Shown: positions 1 through 12,049, counted from the stretch's first letter. The stretch: 64,000 bases of DNA from a bacterium (GCA_963675295.2 CAXXKJ010000002.1:3648001-3712000), one strand, 5' to 3'. Translations and numbers: made by a program. The notes: generated from the sequence alone by a model not told the origin.

Positions 1-1820
<1,820 letters not shown>

Positions 1821-1939
1821 GAACCAGCCCCGGGATGAATGACGAAAGATACGCTCCCGGATGGTGCGATTGCTCGCTCGGAGCGTCAACAAGAAGTGCT
1901 CGGATGACAGGGTGAGGCAGGAGACGGGATAAGCCAACA

Positions 1940-1967
1940 CTCCCCCCGGACATCAGCCCGGGGGGAG
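1940..1967 (-). terminator. GC-rich hairpin downstream of the GNAT gene
   Basis: ctccccccgg-N8-ccggggggag inverted repeat; weak U-tract. Confidence 0.4.
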
Positions 1968-2012
1968 ATGAAACTAGAGCATTAAGGGAACCGAACTTTT
2001 TGCGGTTCGTGT

Positions 2013-2615
2013 TTACCCTGAATAGTCGCTGAAACTCGAGATGAGTTCTTCCATCGACTTGTGTGCACCTTCAAGATCGAGGGAATAGATGCGCATGTCG
2101 TAATAGCGGCCATACCGATCTTTGATATGATCTTTGAGGGTCGCTTCACGTGCGAATCCGAAGGTCTTCAGCATCTTGATGCCGTCAACATGGTCCTTCG
2201 TCAACTGAGCGTACAGTTTTTCGATCCCAAGCGACTGTGCGTAAGGGATCAATTCTTCGAAAAGTACAGTTGCGAGACCATAACGCCGATAGTCAGGGTG
2301 TGAGACGAAGATGACACGGCCAACATGACGCGTCCACAGCGCTTCCCCATGATAAAGGGCGAGGGAACCGATAATCTTACCATCATGCCAGGCAACGAGG
2401 AAGATGGCGCGATTGTCTTCGAGTTGACGCTTCAGGACCTGGGGGTAATGTTCGGAGTTGACGTCATAAGGCAATCGTGCAAGTGATTTGTCATCCAGGG
2501 CACTGTACATCTCCATCAGATCGTTGAGCTGGGAAGCATTCAGCAGGTTGATTTCAACTTCAAGATGCCTCCTGACCTTGATGGACAGTGGTAAGCGATT
2601 GTCTGTCTTTACCAT
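2013..2615 (-). CDS. GNAT family N-acetyltransferase
   Basis: Motif A (VSHPDYRRYGLAT) and C-terminal GFAREATLKDHI. Confidence 0.85.
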   Translation of the reverse strand: MVKTDNRLPLSIKVRRHLEVEINLLNASQLNDLMEMYSALDDKSLARLPYDVNSEHYPQVLKRQLEDNRAIFLVAWHDGKIIGSLALYHGEALWTRHVGRVIFVSHPDYRRYGLATVLFEELIPYAQSLGIEKLYAQLTKDHVDGIKMLKTFGFAREATLKDHIKDRYGRYYDMRIYSLDLEGAHKSMEELISSFSDYSG

Positions 2616-3276
2616 CGGTTCCTCCGATACTCGGCGGGATTACCACCGTAAAAGGGTTGCGCGAACGGTGCGTCAAAGATCCGGATGCGGCATGAACTTG
2701 AGGGGGTTAGCTGTTCTGTAACATCCGTCGTTTCATGCCTTAGCATCAGGATACGCGTTCCCGGCGCGTTTGTCAATCGAATGTGTGAAAATCTTCATTT
2801 TGACAGCGAACTGCTACTCAAATCCTGACTCCGGAGTCATCGAATGAAACTATTTCATGTTTGAAATCGTTTTGCATTGGAGTTCGGAATGTTGCATCTT
2901 GGTTAAGTCTTCAGGGGGATGCTCATGAAGATTGAACCGAACAAGAAGTCGACCGTTTGGGGATTCGCCTCACATCGACGGCCCACCCTGTGTCAATCCC
3001 TGCGTTCTCACGGATCAGCTTTTCTGAAATTCTGGATTCAAAGTGCTAGGTAATGAGTTAGGTTTTCCTTTAAGTATTGAAAAGTCATGAATTTGGCTTG
3101 TTGAGCATGGGAAAAGTTTGGTGTAGCTAATATTTGATATATAGTTGTCAAAGGTTTGCAAAGTGTTATGAAAAACGAAAAAGGCGATGAGTTGTAAATA
3201 CGTAAGTTAGCCTGCATAAACATTTTAAAGTGTTGTTTTTCAAAGAATAAGAGGGAGACACCCTGAGAGACAGCAC

Positions 3277-3305
3277 TTGACAGAGTGTAGGATAGAGGTT
3301 ATCTT
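3277..3305 (+). promoter_or_regulatory. sigma70-type promoter
   Basis: TTGACA (3277-3282), 17-nt spacer, TATCTT (3300-3305), upstream of the ORF at 3430. Confidence 0.6.
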
Positions 3306-3429
3306 TGCGGCCCCGAAGAGTAGATCACAGTTGCAGGCCGGGCAGCCCTGCAGTCAACCTTCGGTCAGCTTCGCGGTAGTGAAAGAGGCGCGAGTATCCA
3401 CAGCTGCCCCGACTTGGAGGAGAGATACC

Positions 3430-3777
3430 ATGAGCCCTACCGTAGAGATGTACGAACAGAGCATGCCGACTCTGGACGAGATTGAACGTGAGCTCGAGAC
3501 GTGGGAAGAGCGTATCAATAGCTGGGCGGATCGGATTCCGTGGAGTGAGCCGGAACAGCGTGGGAATGCGTTGACGACGGCGAAGTTCCTTCGCAAGTTG
3601 GTTGCGGAAGCGTGGATTCATCTCCTCGCCTGCCGTGCCCGTGGCGCGGACTTGATGGATCCGTCGGCCTTCCGTACCCGCCGGATTTTCCGTCAGCTGA
3701 ACGAATACGCCCCCGGGTTGATCGAGAAGATGGAATCTCGTCTGCCGGAATCTGTCCCGAGCATGGCGGCTGCCTGA
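3430..3777 (+). CDS. hypothetical helical protein
   Basis: ATG at 3430 with GGAGGAG RBS, upstream promoter and downstream terminator; no family recognised. Confidence 0.7.
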   Translation: MSPTVEMYEQSMPTLDEIERELETWEERINSWADRIPWSEPEQRGNALTTAKFLRKLVAEAWIHLLACRARGADLMDPSAFRTRRIFRQLNEYAPGLIEKMESRLPESVPSMAAA

Positions 3778-3813
3778 TCGATCTACGCAGCACGAGTGAC
3801 TTGCATTGACGAC

Positions 3814-3840
3814 AAAACCCCACGATTTCGTGGGGTTTTT
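3814..3840. terminator. bidirectional intrinsic terminator
   Basis: aaaaccccacga-tt-tcgtggggttttt between convergent genes. Confidence 0.8.
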
Positions 3841-3871
3841 ACTCTTTCTGGTCTGGTATCCTCGCTACGGT

Positions 3872-4918
3872 TCAGCGTTGCCGTTTCCGCACCTGTATCG
3901 GCTTCAGGAACTCGCGCTCAACATTGACCAGGGTATCCGCGAACTCCAGGTCGTCCCGCAGCTTGTAGCGCACCTGCCGCCGCATGTGTGCCATTGCGCT
4001 GCCGCTGATGTTCAACTTCTCCCCCAGTTCCCGGATGCCGCCATTCCCAATCAAGTGCCGCATCGCCAGTTCGACGAGGATCTTGCGTCCCGGGTGACGG
4101 GCACGTGCGCGCAGGAGGTCGTCCGGCGGGACTTCGTAGGTTCGGGCGACGGTGCGCACCAACCGGTTGAAGCGGACACGGATCTCGTTGCGGTTGACGC
4201 CATTTCCTTTTGCCGGTGAAGGAGATTGCGCGCCAGTGCGTCCGCGCGCGCGTTCGTAATGTTCCTCGATGAACTCCCTGCTGCCGAGCAGGCTCATCGC
4301 CTTGACCTGGTCGAACACATCGGGCTGCTTGCCGGCTTTTTTCGCACCCTGCATGATGTACCAGAACGGGGCCTCGTCGGGGCGTCCCGGCTGCAGATGC
4401 GCCAGCCGTCGCACGGCTTCGCGCCGGTTGAACCACGCCGGGCCATTTTCCTGCCCGCTGTAGATCGGCAGCGAGGTCCAGCGTGTCTTCAGGATCTCGC
4501 CGATCTTGCGCGCTTCGCTCTCGTTGGACCAGTGCCCGCCGATGATCGGTGCGAGGTGGATCCGTTGCAGCACGTCGGCGAACAACGGGCCGTCCTGCAC
4601 CAGGATCGCGCGGTGCCGGTCACGGATCTTGGGCAGATCGCGAAAATTCAGCGCCTTCAACCGGTTGAAATAACCAGCCTGGCAACGGTGAATGAAGCTG
4701 GACAACGGAAGCTGCCCGGAACGGACGAACAGCAGTGCGGAATGAGGCAGCAGCGCATACGCGAACAGGGTAACGCCGTACGCTTCGGTGGCGTCCCCGA
4801 GGGACGCGAGGAACAGGCCGCGTTCTTCTTCCGACACGAACAGGTCGGTATCAGGTCGAACGCGGATCTGCAGGATGTAGAGAGCGTCGGGGATGTGGAT
4901 GCGCACGGGTCGAGCCAT
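3872..4918 (-). CDS. REP-associated tyrosine transposase (RAYT/Y1)-like protein with C-terminal DnaA-like HTH; catalytic motifs degenerate
   Basis: MARPVRIHIPDALY...LFAYALLPHSALL...RHRAILV...QRIHLAPI follows the RAYT pattern MARPLR..YH...AYCLMxNHxHLL...RYKAILV...RYIHLNP. Confidence 0.75.
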   Translation of the reverse strand: MARPVRIHIPDALYILQIRVRPDTDLFVSEEERGLFLASLGDATEAYGVTLFAYALLPHSALLFVRSGQLPLSSFIHRCQAGYFNRLKALNFRDLPKIRDRHRAILVQDGPLFADVLQRIHLAPIIGGHWSNESEARKIGEILKTRWTSLPIYSGQENGPAWFNRREAVRRLAHLQPGRPDEAPFWYIMQGAKKAGKQPDVFDQVKAMSLLGSREFIEEHYERARGRTGAQSPSPAKGNGVNRNEIRVRFNRLVRTVARTYEVPPDDLLRARARHPGRKILVELAMRHLIGNGGIRELGEKLNISGSAMAHMRRQVRYKLRDDLEFADTLVNVEREFLKPIQVRKRQR

Positions 4919-5094
4919 GGCGCCCAAGGTAGAGAACAGGAAGTGCAGCAACAAGCGATCTCCGGGGCGGAGCGTACTATTTGTTTCTTGTTAGAGCGAA
5001 AACTAAAGCATTATGAATACGACAATAAACAACCCGCAGAGTCGCTCTACGGGTTTGATGCTTTCAGGTTGCTGACCCAGCCCACGGATACGCG

Positions 5095-6249
5095 TCAACC
5101 GGTAATCTCGAACATCCGTTCCAGTGCGATGTTGGAGAGGCGGCGGGTTTCGTCGTCGACAGTGATCTGCCAGCGGTACTCGCCGTTCACCAACGCCTTC
5201 ATGCTGTCGCGCAGGGCTTCCGGGCTGATGCGGAACATGGTCGAGCAGAGGCACGCGTACGGCGCCAGGCTGAACACTTCCTTGCCCTCTGCGGCCATCT
5301 CGGCGCCGAGACGGTTGACCAGGTGGTTTTCGGTGCCGACGGCCCACTTGGTTCCTGCGGGTGCCTCACGGATCGTCTTCAGAATCCCGCCGGTAGAACC
5401 GGAATAGTCGGCTTTCTGCACCACCTCAAAGCTGCACTCGGGGTGCACGATGACCTTGATTTCCGGGTCGCGTTTACGCCACACATCCACGTGTTCCGGC
5501 ACGAAGTGCTGGTGCACGCTGCAGTGTCCACGCCACAGCAGGATGCGGGAGTTGGTGATCGTGTCACGGTCATGCCCACCGAGATCCTCTTCCGGATCCC
5601 AGACAATCATGTCGTCCAGCGGTACGCCGAGGTCGTAGCTGGTGTTGCGTCCGAGGTGCTGATCCGGGAAGAAGAACAGCTTCTCGCCCCGTTCCAGCGC
5701 CCATTTGATGACCTTCTGCGCATTGGCTGACGTGCAGATCGTGCCGCCGTGTTTGCCGACGAACGCCTTGACCGCGGCGGTGGAATTGATGTACGTGACC
5801 GGCGTGATCTTCGTCGTGTCGTAGAACTGACCGATCTGCTCCCACGCGTCCTCGATGTCGTCAATCTCGGCCATGTCGGCCATTGTGCAGCCGGCACGTT
5901 TGTCCGGCAGAATGACGGTCACATCCTTCGGCGTCAGCATGTCGGCGGTTTCGGCCATGAAGTGCACGCCGAGGAAGATGACGTACTTCGCATCATCCAT
6001 CTTCGCCGCGTACTGGCTGAGTTTGAGGCTGTCGCCGCGTCTGTCGGCGAACTGGATGACTTCGTCCCGCTGGTAGTGGTGCCCGAGCAGGACCAGGTCC
6101 GATCCGAGCTGCGCACGCAGATCGCGGATTTCGTCTATCAGCTGCGGCGGAATGAGCGGATCACCCATCTTCGTGACATCGGCAATGGGCTGTTCCGGAT
6201 TCCAGCGGACTTCCATCTTGTCGGCAACACCTGGGGTCTTGATCGCCAT
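5095..6249 (-). CDS. nadA: quinolinate synthase
   Basis: LLGHHYQRDEV, GVHFMAET, AGCTMADMA, YINSTA, VHPEC, GTENHL and three Fe-S cysteines. Confidence 0.95.
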   Translation of the reverse strand: MAIKTPGVADKMEVRWNPEQPIADVTKMGDPLIPPQLIDEIRDLRAQLGSDLVLLGHHYQRDEVIQFADRRGDSLKLSQYAAKMDDAKYVIFLGVHFMAETADMLTPKDVTVILPDKRAGCTMADMAEIDDIEDAWEQIGQFYDTTKITPVTYINSTAAVKAFVGKHGGTICTSANAQKVIKWALERGEKLFFFPDQHLGRNTSYDLGVPLDDMIVWDPEEDLGGHDRDTITNSRILLWRGHCSVHQHFVPEHVDVWRKRDPEIKVIVHPECSFEVVQKADYSGSTGGILKTIREAPAGTKWAVGTENHLVNRLGAEMAAEGKEVFSLAPYACLCSTMFRISPEALRDSMKALVNGEYRWQITVDDETRRLSNIALERMFEITG

Positions 6250-6421
6250 GGCAACAGCATCCTTCGGGGCGGTTCAAACCAAACGTTTACGCGAATGAAC
6301 CGTGAATATAACAGCCTGATTCGGCCTCAACCCGGCTCGGCTCGGCGGGAATATCCATCGGTTAGCGTAGTCTAACTCTTTCACGTCTGCAAGGGGAAAA
6401 CGTTTCAAGGGTACGCGTGCC

Positions 6422-8035
6422 TCACGGGGCCGCGAACGGGCCGTATTCCGGTGCCTGCGGATGCTGCAGATCAGTCAGCCGCCACGCCTTCATCCGCACC
6501 CAACGGCCACGATGGCGCACTGAATCCAGCGGCAATGCTTCGACCGAGGCAAACCGGGGTGCGAAGTGCTTTTCCGGGTCGATGTCGTAACGTGCCTGCG
6601 TGATGAAGACGCCGGACCAGCGCTCGTACAGCGTTTCCGGTGCCCACCACGCGAACATGTGGATGTCGGCCGGATTGAGCAACACGATGGTGTGTTCGCC
6701 CTGATCCGCCCATGCCAATTCGCCAGCAGTGAACCATTTGTGCGCGAAGATGAGGTCGGTTTCGTCAAGATCGCCGGATTGTTCAAGCTCGTCCAGCGCC
6801 GCCCTCCACCCCGCCGGGTCGAGAGTCGGGTCGGATCGCGGTTCGAGCGGAATGAACCCGGTCGCCGCCTGGATCACGACCAGCGCCACCAGCAGCAGGT
6901 TGACACCGATTGCGATCGCGGTGTTGCGTTGCACGCGCGTTGTCCACGCAAATCCGCCTGCCGCCAGCACGAACGCCGCGGCGTACCCGGGCATGGTCCA
7001 ATGGGGCAGGATGCCTCGTGTCAGGCCGATCAGTGTGATCCCGATGACCGGCGTCAGGAAGAATGCGACGAGCCAGCGGTCGGTTCGCGAGGTATGAGGA
7101 ACACCATCACTCTCGCCACTCTTACCACGGACTAAAGTCCGTGGTAATGTTGTGGCATGCCCGCCTGCGTCACTTTTACCACGGACTTTAGTCCGTGGTC
7201 CTCTGCGGAACACACCCCAGAACAGCACCACCGCCACCCACGGTGTCAGGTAGCCGATTTGCCCGCCGATTGCCTGCCCGATGAGATCGAAACGCAGCCG
7301 CAGTTCGCCGCTGGTGCCCTTGCCGAACTGTTCAGCGAACGAGATCCAGTGGTTGTTCGCGTTCCACCAGATCGTCGGCGCGAACACCAGCAACGCGATT
7401 ACCAGCGCGAAATACAGCCGCCAGTCCAACCACCAGCGCCGCAGCTGCTTGTCGTAAATCGACGCGATCACCAGCGACGCCGGCAACAACACGGCGTGGT
7501 ACTTGGCGAGCAGCGCCAGTCCGGTGCAGACACCGAGCAGGGCAAACAGCAAGGTTCTGCGGACAAAGTCCAGTTCCCCATTCCGCAACCGTTCCGCGAC
7601 GACCAGCGCCCAGACCCAGGCGAGCAGCAGGGCGTTATCGGGGATGACAAACGCGCCCGCGCCGACGAGGAAGTAGGGGGACGCGTGGAGCAGGAGCACC
7701 GCGAATCGTGCGGCGTCCCGGTTGTATACTCGTCCCGCGAGCAGGTAAACTCCGGGCAGGGTGAGGGTGAAGGCCAGCACCGCGCCGAGACGCAGAGTCA
7801 GCGGGGTCCACAGTCCGGTCAGCCAGGTACCGAGACCGGCGACGATCGCCACCGCTGGCGGATGGTCGAAATAGCCCCACGCGAGGTTGCGGGCGAAGAG
7901 ATGGTAGTAGGCTTCGTCAAAGCCCGGCCCGATCATGCCGGACAGCGCGAGGCGCACGGCGAACGAGACGGCGAGCGTGACCCAGAAGACACGATCACGG
8001 ACCAGGGTGGCGAAGGTGACGGATTCCGAAAGCAT
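6422..8035 (-). CDS. GT-C fold glycosyltransferase (family 39/ArnT-like), multi-TM
   Basis: FDEAYY...WGYFDHPP, IPDNALL, LAKYHAVLL, PHW motifs; start codon uncertain. Confidence 0.85.
   Translation of the reverse strand: MLSESVTFATLVRDRVFWVTLAVSFAVRLALSGMIGPGFDEAYYHLFARNLAWGYFDHPPAVAIVAGLGTWLTGLWTPLTLRLGAVLAFTLTLPGVYLLAGRVYNRDAARFAVLLLHASPYFLVGAGAFVIPDNALLLAWVWALVVAERLRNGELDFVRRTLLFALLGVCTGLALLAKYHAVLLPASLVIASIYDKQLRRWWLDWRLYFALVIALLVFAPTIWWNANNHWISFAEQFGKGTSGELRLRFDLIGQAIGGQIGYLTPWVAVVLFWGVFRRGPRTKVRGKSDAGGHATTLPRTLVRGKSGESDGVPHTSRTDRWLVAFFLTPVIGITLIGLTRGILPHWTMPGYAAAFVLAAGGFAWTTRVQRNTAIAIGVNLLLVALVVIQAATGFIPLEPRSDPTLDPAGWRAALDELEQSGDLDETDLIFAHKWFTAGELAWADQGEHTIVLLNPADIHMFAWWAPETLYERWSGVFITQARYDIDPEKHFAPRFASVEALPLDSVRHRGRWVRMKAWRLTDLQHPQAPEYGPFAAP
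7122..7199. repeat. pair of REP-like palindromes inside the glycosyltransferase CDS
   Basis: ttaccacggact-aa-agtccgtggtaa (7122-7147) and accacggact-tt-agtccgtggt (7178-7199). Confidence 0.85.
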
Positions 8036-8546
8036 GGCGAAAGGTACAGCATCCAGTGGCGGGCCGGAAGGCGGACGGTTCAAACAGGGCCCGCAACCGG
8101 GGTCGCTGAACCGTGTGCTGCTGGTCGACGATAACGACCGTTACGCCACGTCGTTAACCGAGGATCTGCACCGTCGCGGGGTCACAGATGTCGTGCGCGC
8201 GGTGAACGCAAAGGAAGGCGTGGAGCTGCTACGTGAGCGTGGCGACGAGTTCGACGGTGTCGTCTCCGACATTTCGATGGAGCATCAGATCAGCGGCTTG
8301 CGTGTGCTGCGAGTCGCGCGTGGGCTGGACAAACAACGACGGGCAAATGAAGACGGCACTGGTTCAGGCCGTCCCCTGATGGTTGCATGCGCTACCACCG
8401 GCCTCGACACGCAGATCGGTTACTGGTTCAATAAATTCCTGCTCGGCACATTGTACCGTTGCGACTTCCTGATCCCGAAACGCCCGATCAAACGGGACGG
8501 GAAGGTGTTCTGGATTCGTGGGGCGAAGGTGTGGGAAGCTGGTTAA
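8034..8546 (+). CDS. single-domain response regulator (receiver)
   Basis: VLLVDDND, VVSDISME (phospho-Asp), ATT and PK receiver motifs. Confidence 0.75.
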   Translation: MAKGTASSGGPEGGRFKQGPQPGSLNRVLLVDDNDRYATSLTEDLHRRGVTDVVRAVNAKEGVELLRERGDEFDGVVSDISMEHQISGLRVLRVARGLDKQRRANEDGTGSGRPLMVACATTGLDTQIGYWFNKFLLGTLYRCDFLIPKRPIKRDGKVFWIRGAKVWEAG

Positions 8547-8631
8547 GTTGGTACCGAATAATCGTACTAGTAGAAAGGAGTTGTTGTTCGATTGTACATT
8601 CCTATATTGATACTGAAACTTGGAGCAGCTC

Positions 8632-10086
8632 ATGAAAACAACATCCAATATCATCCTGTTGCTGCTACTGTCTTACTCTGTCATACCTTCCTTCGCTCAA
8701 CCTCCGCAGCGAGAGTGGAGAAGGAATTGGGGATTCCCTTACACAAATGAAGCCGCCTACTCCGTGGCAAACCTTCAAGGGAATGGCTTTGTCGTGGGTG
8801 CAAGTACGCGCATCTTTAGTAATTCTGGCTTATTGCTTGGATTCACCCCAGCTGGCAATGTGATTGGATATCAGCCAGAGCTGCCTACTGGACGGATCTA
8901 CTCGATTGCCACTCTACCTGAAACAGGCACGGCATGGATTAGTAATGGCAACAGCATCATCCTGGGTTTCACACAGTTTTCAGGTGAAACAACCTGGAGC
9001 CACGAGCTTCCAGGGTTTTCTCGTGTCGTAACAAATAGTGACAATGAAGTCGTTGCTGCTGTATCTACTGATAACATGATCGGATCACCAGTTGAGCTAA
9101 GAACTTATGACGAAACAGGCGTTTTGCTATCAGTAGAAAACTTCTATTTGAGCAATATCGGCGAACCAGCAATTTCTTCTTTGTCAATTACTAGTTCGGG
9201 ACATTATCTAGTTAGTGGGGTGATTTCTTTTAATGATGAACTACAAGGATGGACCTTACGACTTTCTGAAAATGGAGATTCATTAAATGTTATCTACTAT
9301 AGCACATACATGAACTCCTGTCCCTCACATGATAATGGTTTTTATACTTTTTCTCTCTTGACCGATGAACTTGCGAGATTCAGTGCCACAGATGAGCTCC
9401 TCTGGGAGACCAGCGTCAACCATTTTCATGATACAAACGCCCCAATCCCAACCGCCGATGGTGGAGTAATTGTACTTGGTTTTACAGGTGATGGACCGTC
9501 TTCAGCCGTAGCGGACAAGTTCGATGCTGCTGGTAATGCACTTTGGAGTTATCAGACTCAAGGGCCTTGGTTTGAGGATACGTACGCCTATGACGGGATC
9601 GGTCTTGAAGATGGCTACCTGTTGGTCGGAAAGACTGATTGGCCGCAACAGGACTACAATTATTCGCAAATCTGGGTCGAACGACTCGGTTTGGACATCA
9701 CGGATCAACGGATTCTCGCCTGGCCAGCTCAGGATAGTGTTGTCGTCGTGCCGGGGGAATCGTTCCGTTGGAATGGCCGGCTTAAAAATAACCTTTCTGA
9801 ACCAGTAACCACTGATGTCTGGGTTCAGGTGTTAACGCCTGGTGGCACACTCACGGACCCGGTTCACCTTTGGGAAGATGTTGCTTTGTCTGCCGATGAG
9901 GTGATTCAGGTTTCCCCATTCCAATATGTACCGATGTGGGTTGAATCGGGAACGTATCACTATCTCGTCCGGATCGGTGACTATCCGCAGGAGAGGTTTG
10001 AGGATGTACTTCAATTCACTGTGGCCAGCACCAGTTCAACCAGTAGCCCTTCAGAACCTGCCGATTGGCGGCTTCGGCTGCGTTAA
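8632..10086 (+). CDS. secreted beta-propeller-like protein with C-terminal Ig-like domain
   Basis: Signal peptide, repeated 'D..G..LW' blades, visibly lower GC than neighbours. Confidence 0.7.
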   Translation: MKTTSNIILLLLLSYSVIPSFAQPPQREWRRNWGFPYTNEAAYSVANLQGNGFVVGASTRIFSNSGLLLGFTPAGNVIGYQPELPTGRIYSIATLPETGTAWISNGNSIILGFTQFSGETTWSHELPGFSRVVTNSDNEVVAAVSTDNMIGSPVELRTYDETGVLLSVENFYLSNIGEPAISSLSITSSGHYLVSGVISFNDELQGWTLRLSENGDSLNVIYYSTYMNSCPSHDNGFYTFSLLTDELARFSATDELLWETSVNHFHDTNAPIPTADGGVIVLGFTGDGPSSAVADKFDAAGNALWSYQTQGPWFEDTYAYDGIGLEDGYLLVGKTDWPQQDYNYSQIWVERLGLDITDQRILAWPAQDSVVVVPGESFRWNGRLKNNLSEPVTTDVWVQVLTPGGTLTDPVHLWEDVALSADEVIQVSPFQYVPMWVESGTYHYLVRIGDYPQERFEDVLQFTVASTSSTSSPSEPADWRLRLR

Positions 10087-10159
10087 GGGTGATTCACAAT
10101 CATACCCGGCGACCGCTTTGGCAACACCGTAACTCACCAGCCCGCAGCCCGCAGCCCGC

Positions 10160-11911
10160 TCAGTCGTAATCCCTCACCAGCCGGATCCCGCCGACGTCGT
10201 AATCGCCGCCGTTGGGTGTGCCACGGTTGGCAATACGTAGCCGGCTGCCCGGGTTGTGCCAGCAGCCGCCGCGCAGCACGTGGACGGTGCCGAGGTTTGG
10301 GCCCTGCGGATCGACGACCGGGCTGTTGCGGTAGTAGCCGGCGCCGTACCAGTCGGAGCAGCGTTCCCACGCGTTCCCGAGCACGTCATACAGCCCCCAG
10401 GGGTTCGGCAGCTTCTGACCCACAGCTTTTGGACGCGGGGGATCGTTGTTCTCGTCGAACCACGCGTACAGCTCCAGCTCGGAATAGTCCGGATCGTCGC
10501 CCCACCAGAACCGTGTGCTGTCGTTGCCTGCGCGCGCGAACAGCTCCCACTCTGCTTCGGTCGGGAGACGCCACGGGTTGTTCGGCAGGTCGGCGTTTAA
10601 CGCCGGCAGCAGATCCTGGTCGACAAACTCGCTGGTCACCTGCGTCACCGGATAGTCCGGGCCGACAAACACGGACGGATTGTAGCCGGTCAACGCTTCC
10701 CACTGGGCCTGCGTCAGCTCGAACTTGCCAACGTAGAATCCCTGGCTGATGGTAACCGGATGGCGCGGGTACTCGTCGGATTGCCCGTCCAGTTCGTCGA
10801 TCTGCGCGCCCATCATGTACGATCCGGCCGGAATATACGCCATGTCGTACATCAGGCCGGTGTTGCCCAATTCGAATTCCTGGTCGCCCGGGGGCGGCGG
10901 TGCGGCGACGATGGTAAATTTCTTCAGATAGTTGCTGTTGTAGTTGAGCAGACGCCGGGTCTGGCTGGCCGCTTCGCCCTGGGCACCGAAGGCGTAGCCG
11001 TTGGATGGCATCGGCGTTACGAACAGATCCTCGGCGGACAGGCCCTCGTTGGGATACAGGAACCAGTCGCCGGCGGGTAACGATTGAGTGCCGGCCTGAA
11101 TCGGTGTCAGCTGGTTGTTCGCATCAAGCAGGCCGATCTCCGTCGTCACCGCCATCCGGATGGTGGTGGTGATGGTTACACCCGGAAAGATGAATTCGTT
11201 TGTGGTCCAGTCGGTTTTCATCATGTGAATGCCGAGCTGAGCGTTCCATTGGGTCGGGAACGACCAGTGATAGGTGTAGGTTCCGAACAGGACGTTGTTC
11301 GGATAAGCGCCGAGACCGGCGGAGATCGCGGCTTCGTTGATGAAGTTTTCGAAGGTTGCCGTCTGATCAATGAAAACCGCCTGCAACACTTCCGGCGAAC
11401 GGCACTCGATGTAATTCAACGCCGTGTACTGGTCCTCAAGCTGCTGATTGTTCCACAGCGACACTTGTATCTGCTGGCGAACAACATTCTGCATCAGGTT
11501 GTTGTCGAGAAAGGCCGTCAGCCAGTTATAGATCGGGGAACCGGATCCGTCCAGCATGTTGCTGACACGGTTGAACATCCGTATTTCTTCGCTGGTGAAC
11601 TGGGATGCGAAGTAGACGGCGAACGTATTCCAGCCCATCATATCATCGTCGGCGACTACACGTTCGACATAGTTGACCGAGGCGTTGGTGATCGCCGCTG
11701 AGACCAGCGTACCCAGTGACAACTCTTCCAGGTTGCTCGTACTCGGCTGGCCGACAGCGGTAAAGGCATCGGTTTCGATGGTTGTGAAAGCTGGACGGGC
11801 GGCTGCATTGGGGGAGTGGTTCCGTGCCTCATCGGCGAATGCCAACCAGGGCAACAGCAGAACCATCAGGGGGACAAAAAGTGACAGACCGGAGGACCGG
11901 GTCATTTCCAT
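10160..11911 (-). CDS. secreted protein with C-terminal FGE-sulfatase (SUMF1-like) domain
   Basis: IPAGSYMMG, FELTQAQW, RLPTEAEWE, PNPWGLYDVLGNAWE, VLRGGCW, GIRLVR. Confidence 0.9.
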   Translation of the reverse strand: MEMTRSSGLSLFVPLMVLLLPWLAFADEARNHSPNAAARPAFTTIETDAFTAVGQPSTSNLEELSLGTLVSAAITNASVNYVERVVADDDMMGWNTFAVYFASQFTSEEIRMFNRVSNMLDGSGSPIYNWLTAFLDNNLMQNVVRQQIQVSLWNNQQLEDQYTALNYIECRSPEVLQAVFIDQTATFENFINEAAISAGLGAYPNNVLFGTYTYHWSFPTQWNAQLGIHMMKTDWTTNEFIFPGVTITTTIRMAVTTEIGLLDANNQLTPIQAGTQSLPAGDWFLYPNEGLSAEDLFVTPMPSNGYAFGAQGEAASQTRRLLNYNSNYLKKFTIVAAPPPPGDQEFELGNTGLMYDMAYIPAGSYMMGAQIDELDGQSDEYPRHPVTISQGFYVGKFELTQAQWEALTGYNPSVFVGPDYPVTQVTSEFVDQDLLPALNADLPNNPWRLPTEAEWELFARAGNDSTRFWWGDDPDYSELELYAWFDENNDPPRPKAVGQKLPNPWGLYDVLGNAWERCSDWYGAGYYRNSPVVDPQGPNLGTVHVLRGGCWHNPGSRLRIANRGTPNGGDYDVGGIRLVRDYD

Positions 11912-12049
11912 GTTCCTCGTTCAATGAAACGTCGCTCGCATTCACTCGTGCCGGGTACCCGTCTTTGCGACACCCTGTCGTGTCCCTTGCCCGGACCCAT
12001 AGCTTTGTAATGTACGAACGGCGATAAAGTTTGACAAGAACATGAAAAA

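Noticed and set aside
2780-2860. Rex/CRP-like operator palindromes (also near 37905-37921)
   Set aside because: Matches are partial and cannot be assigned to a regulator by eye.
10160-10400. FGE-sulfatase C-terminus as a diversity-generating retroelement target
   Set aside because: No template repeat, reverse transcriptase or Avd gene is visible in the window; a remote DGR cannot be excluded.
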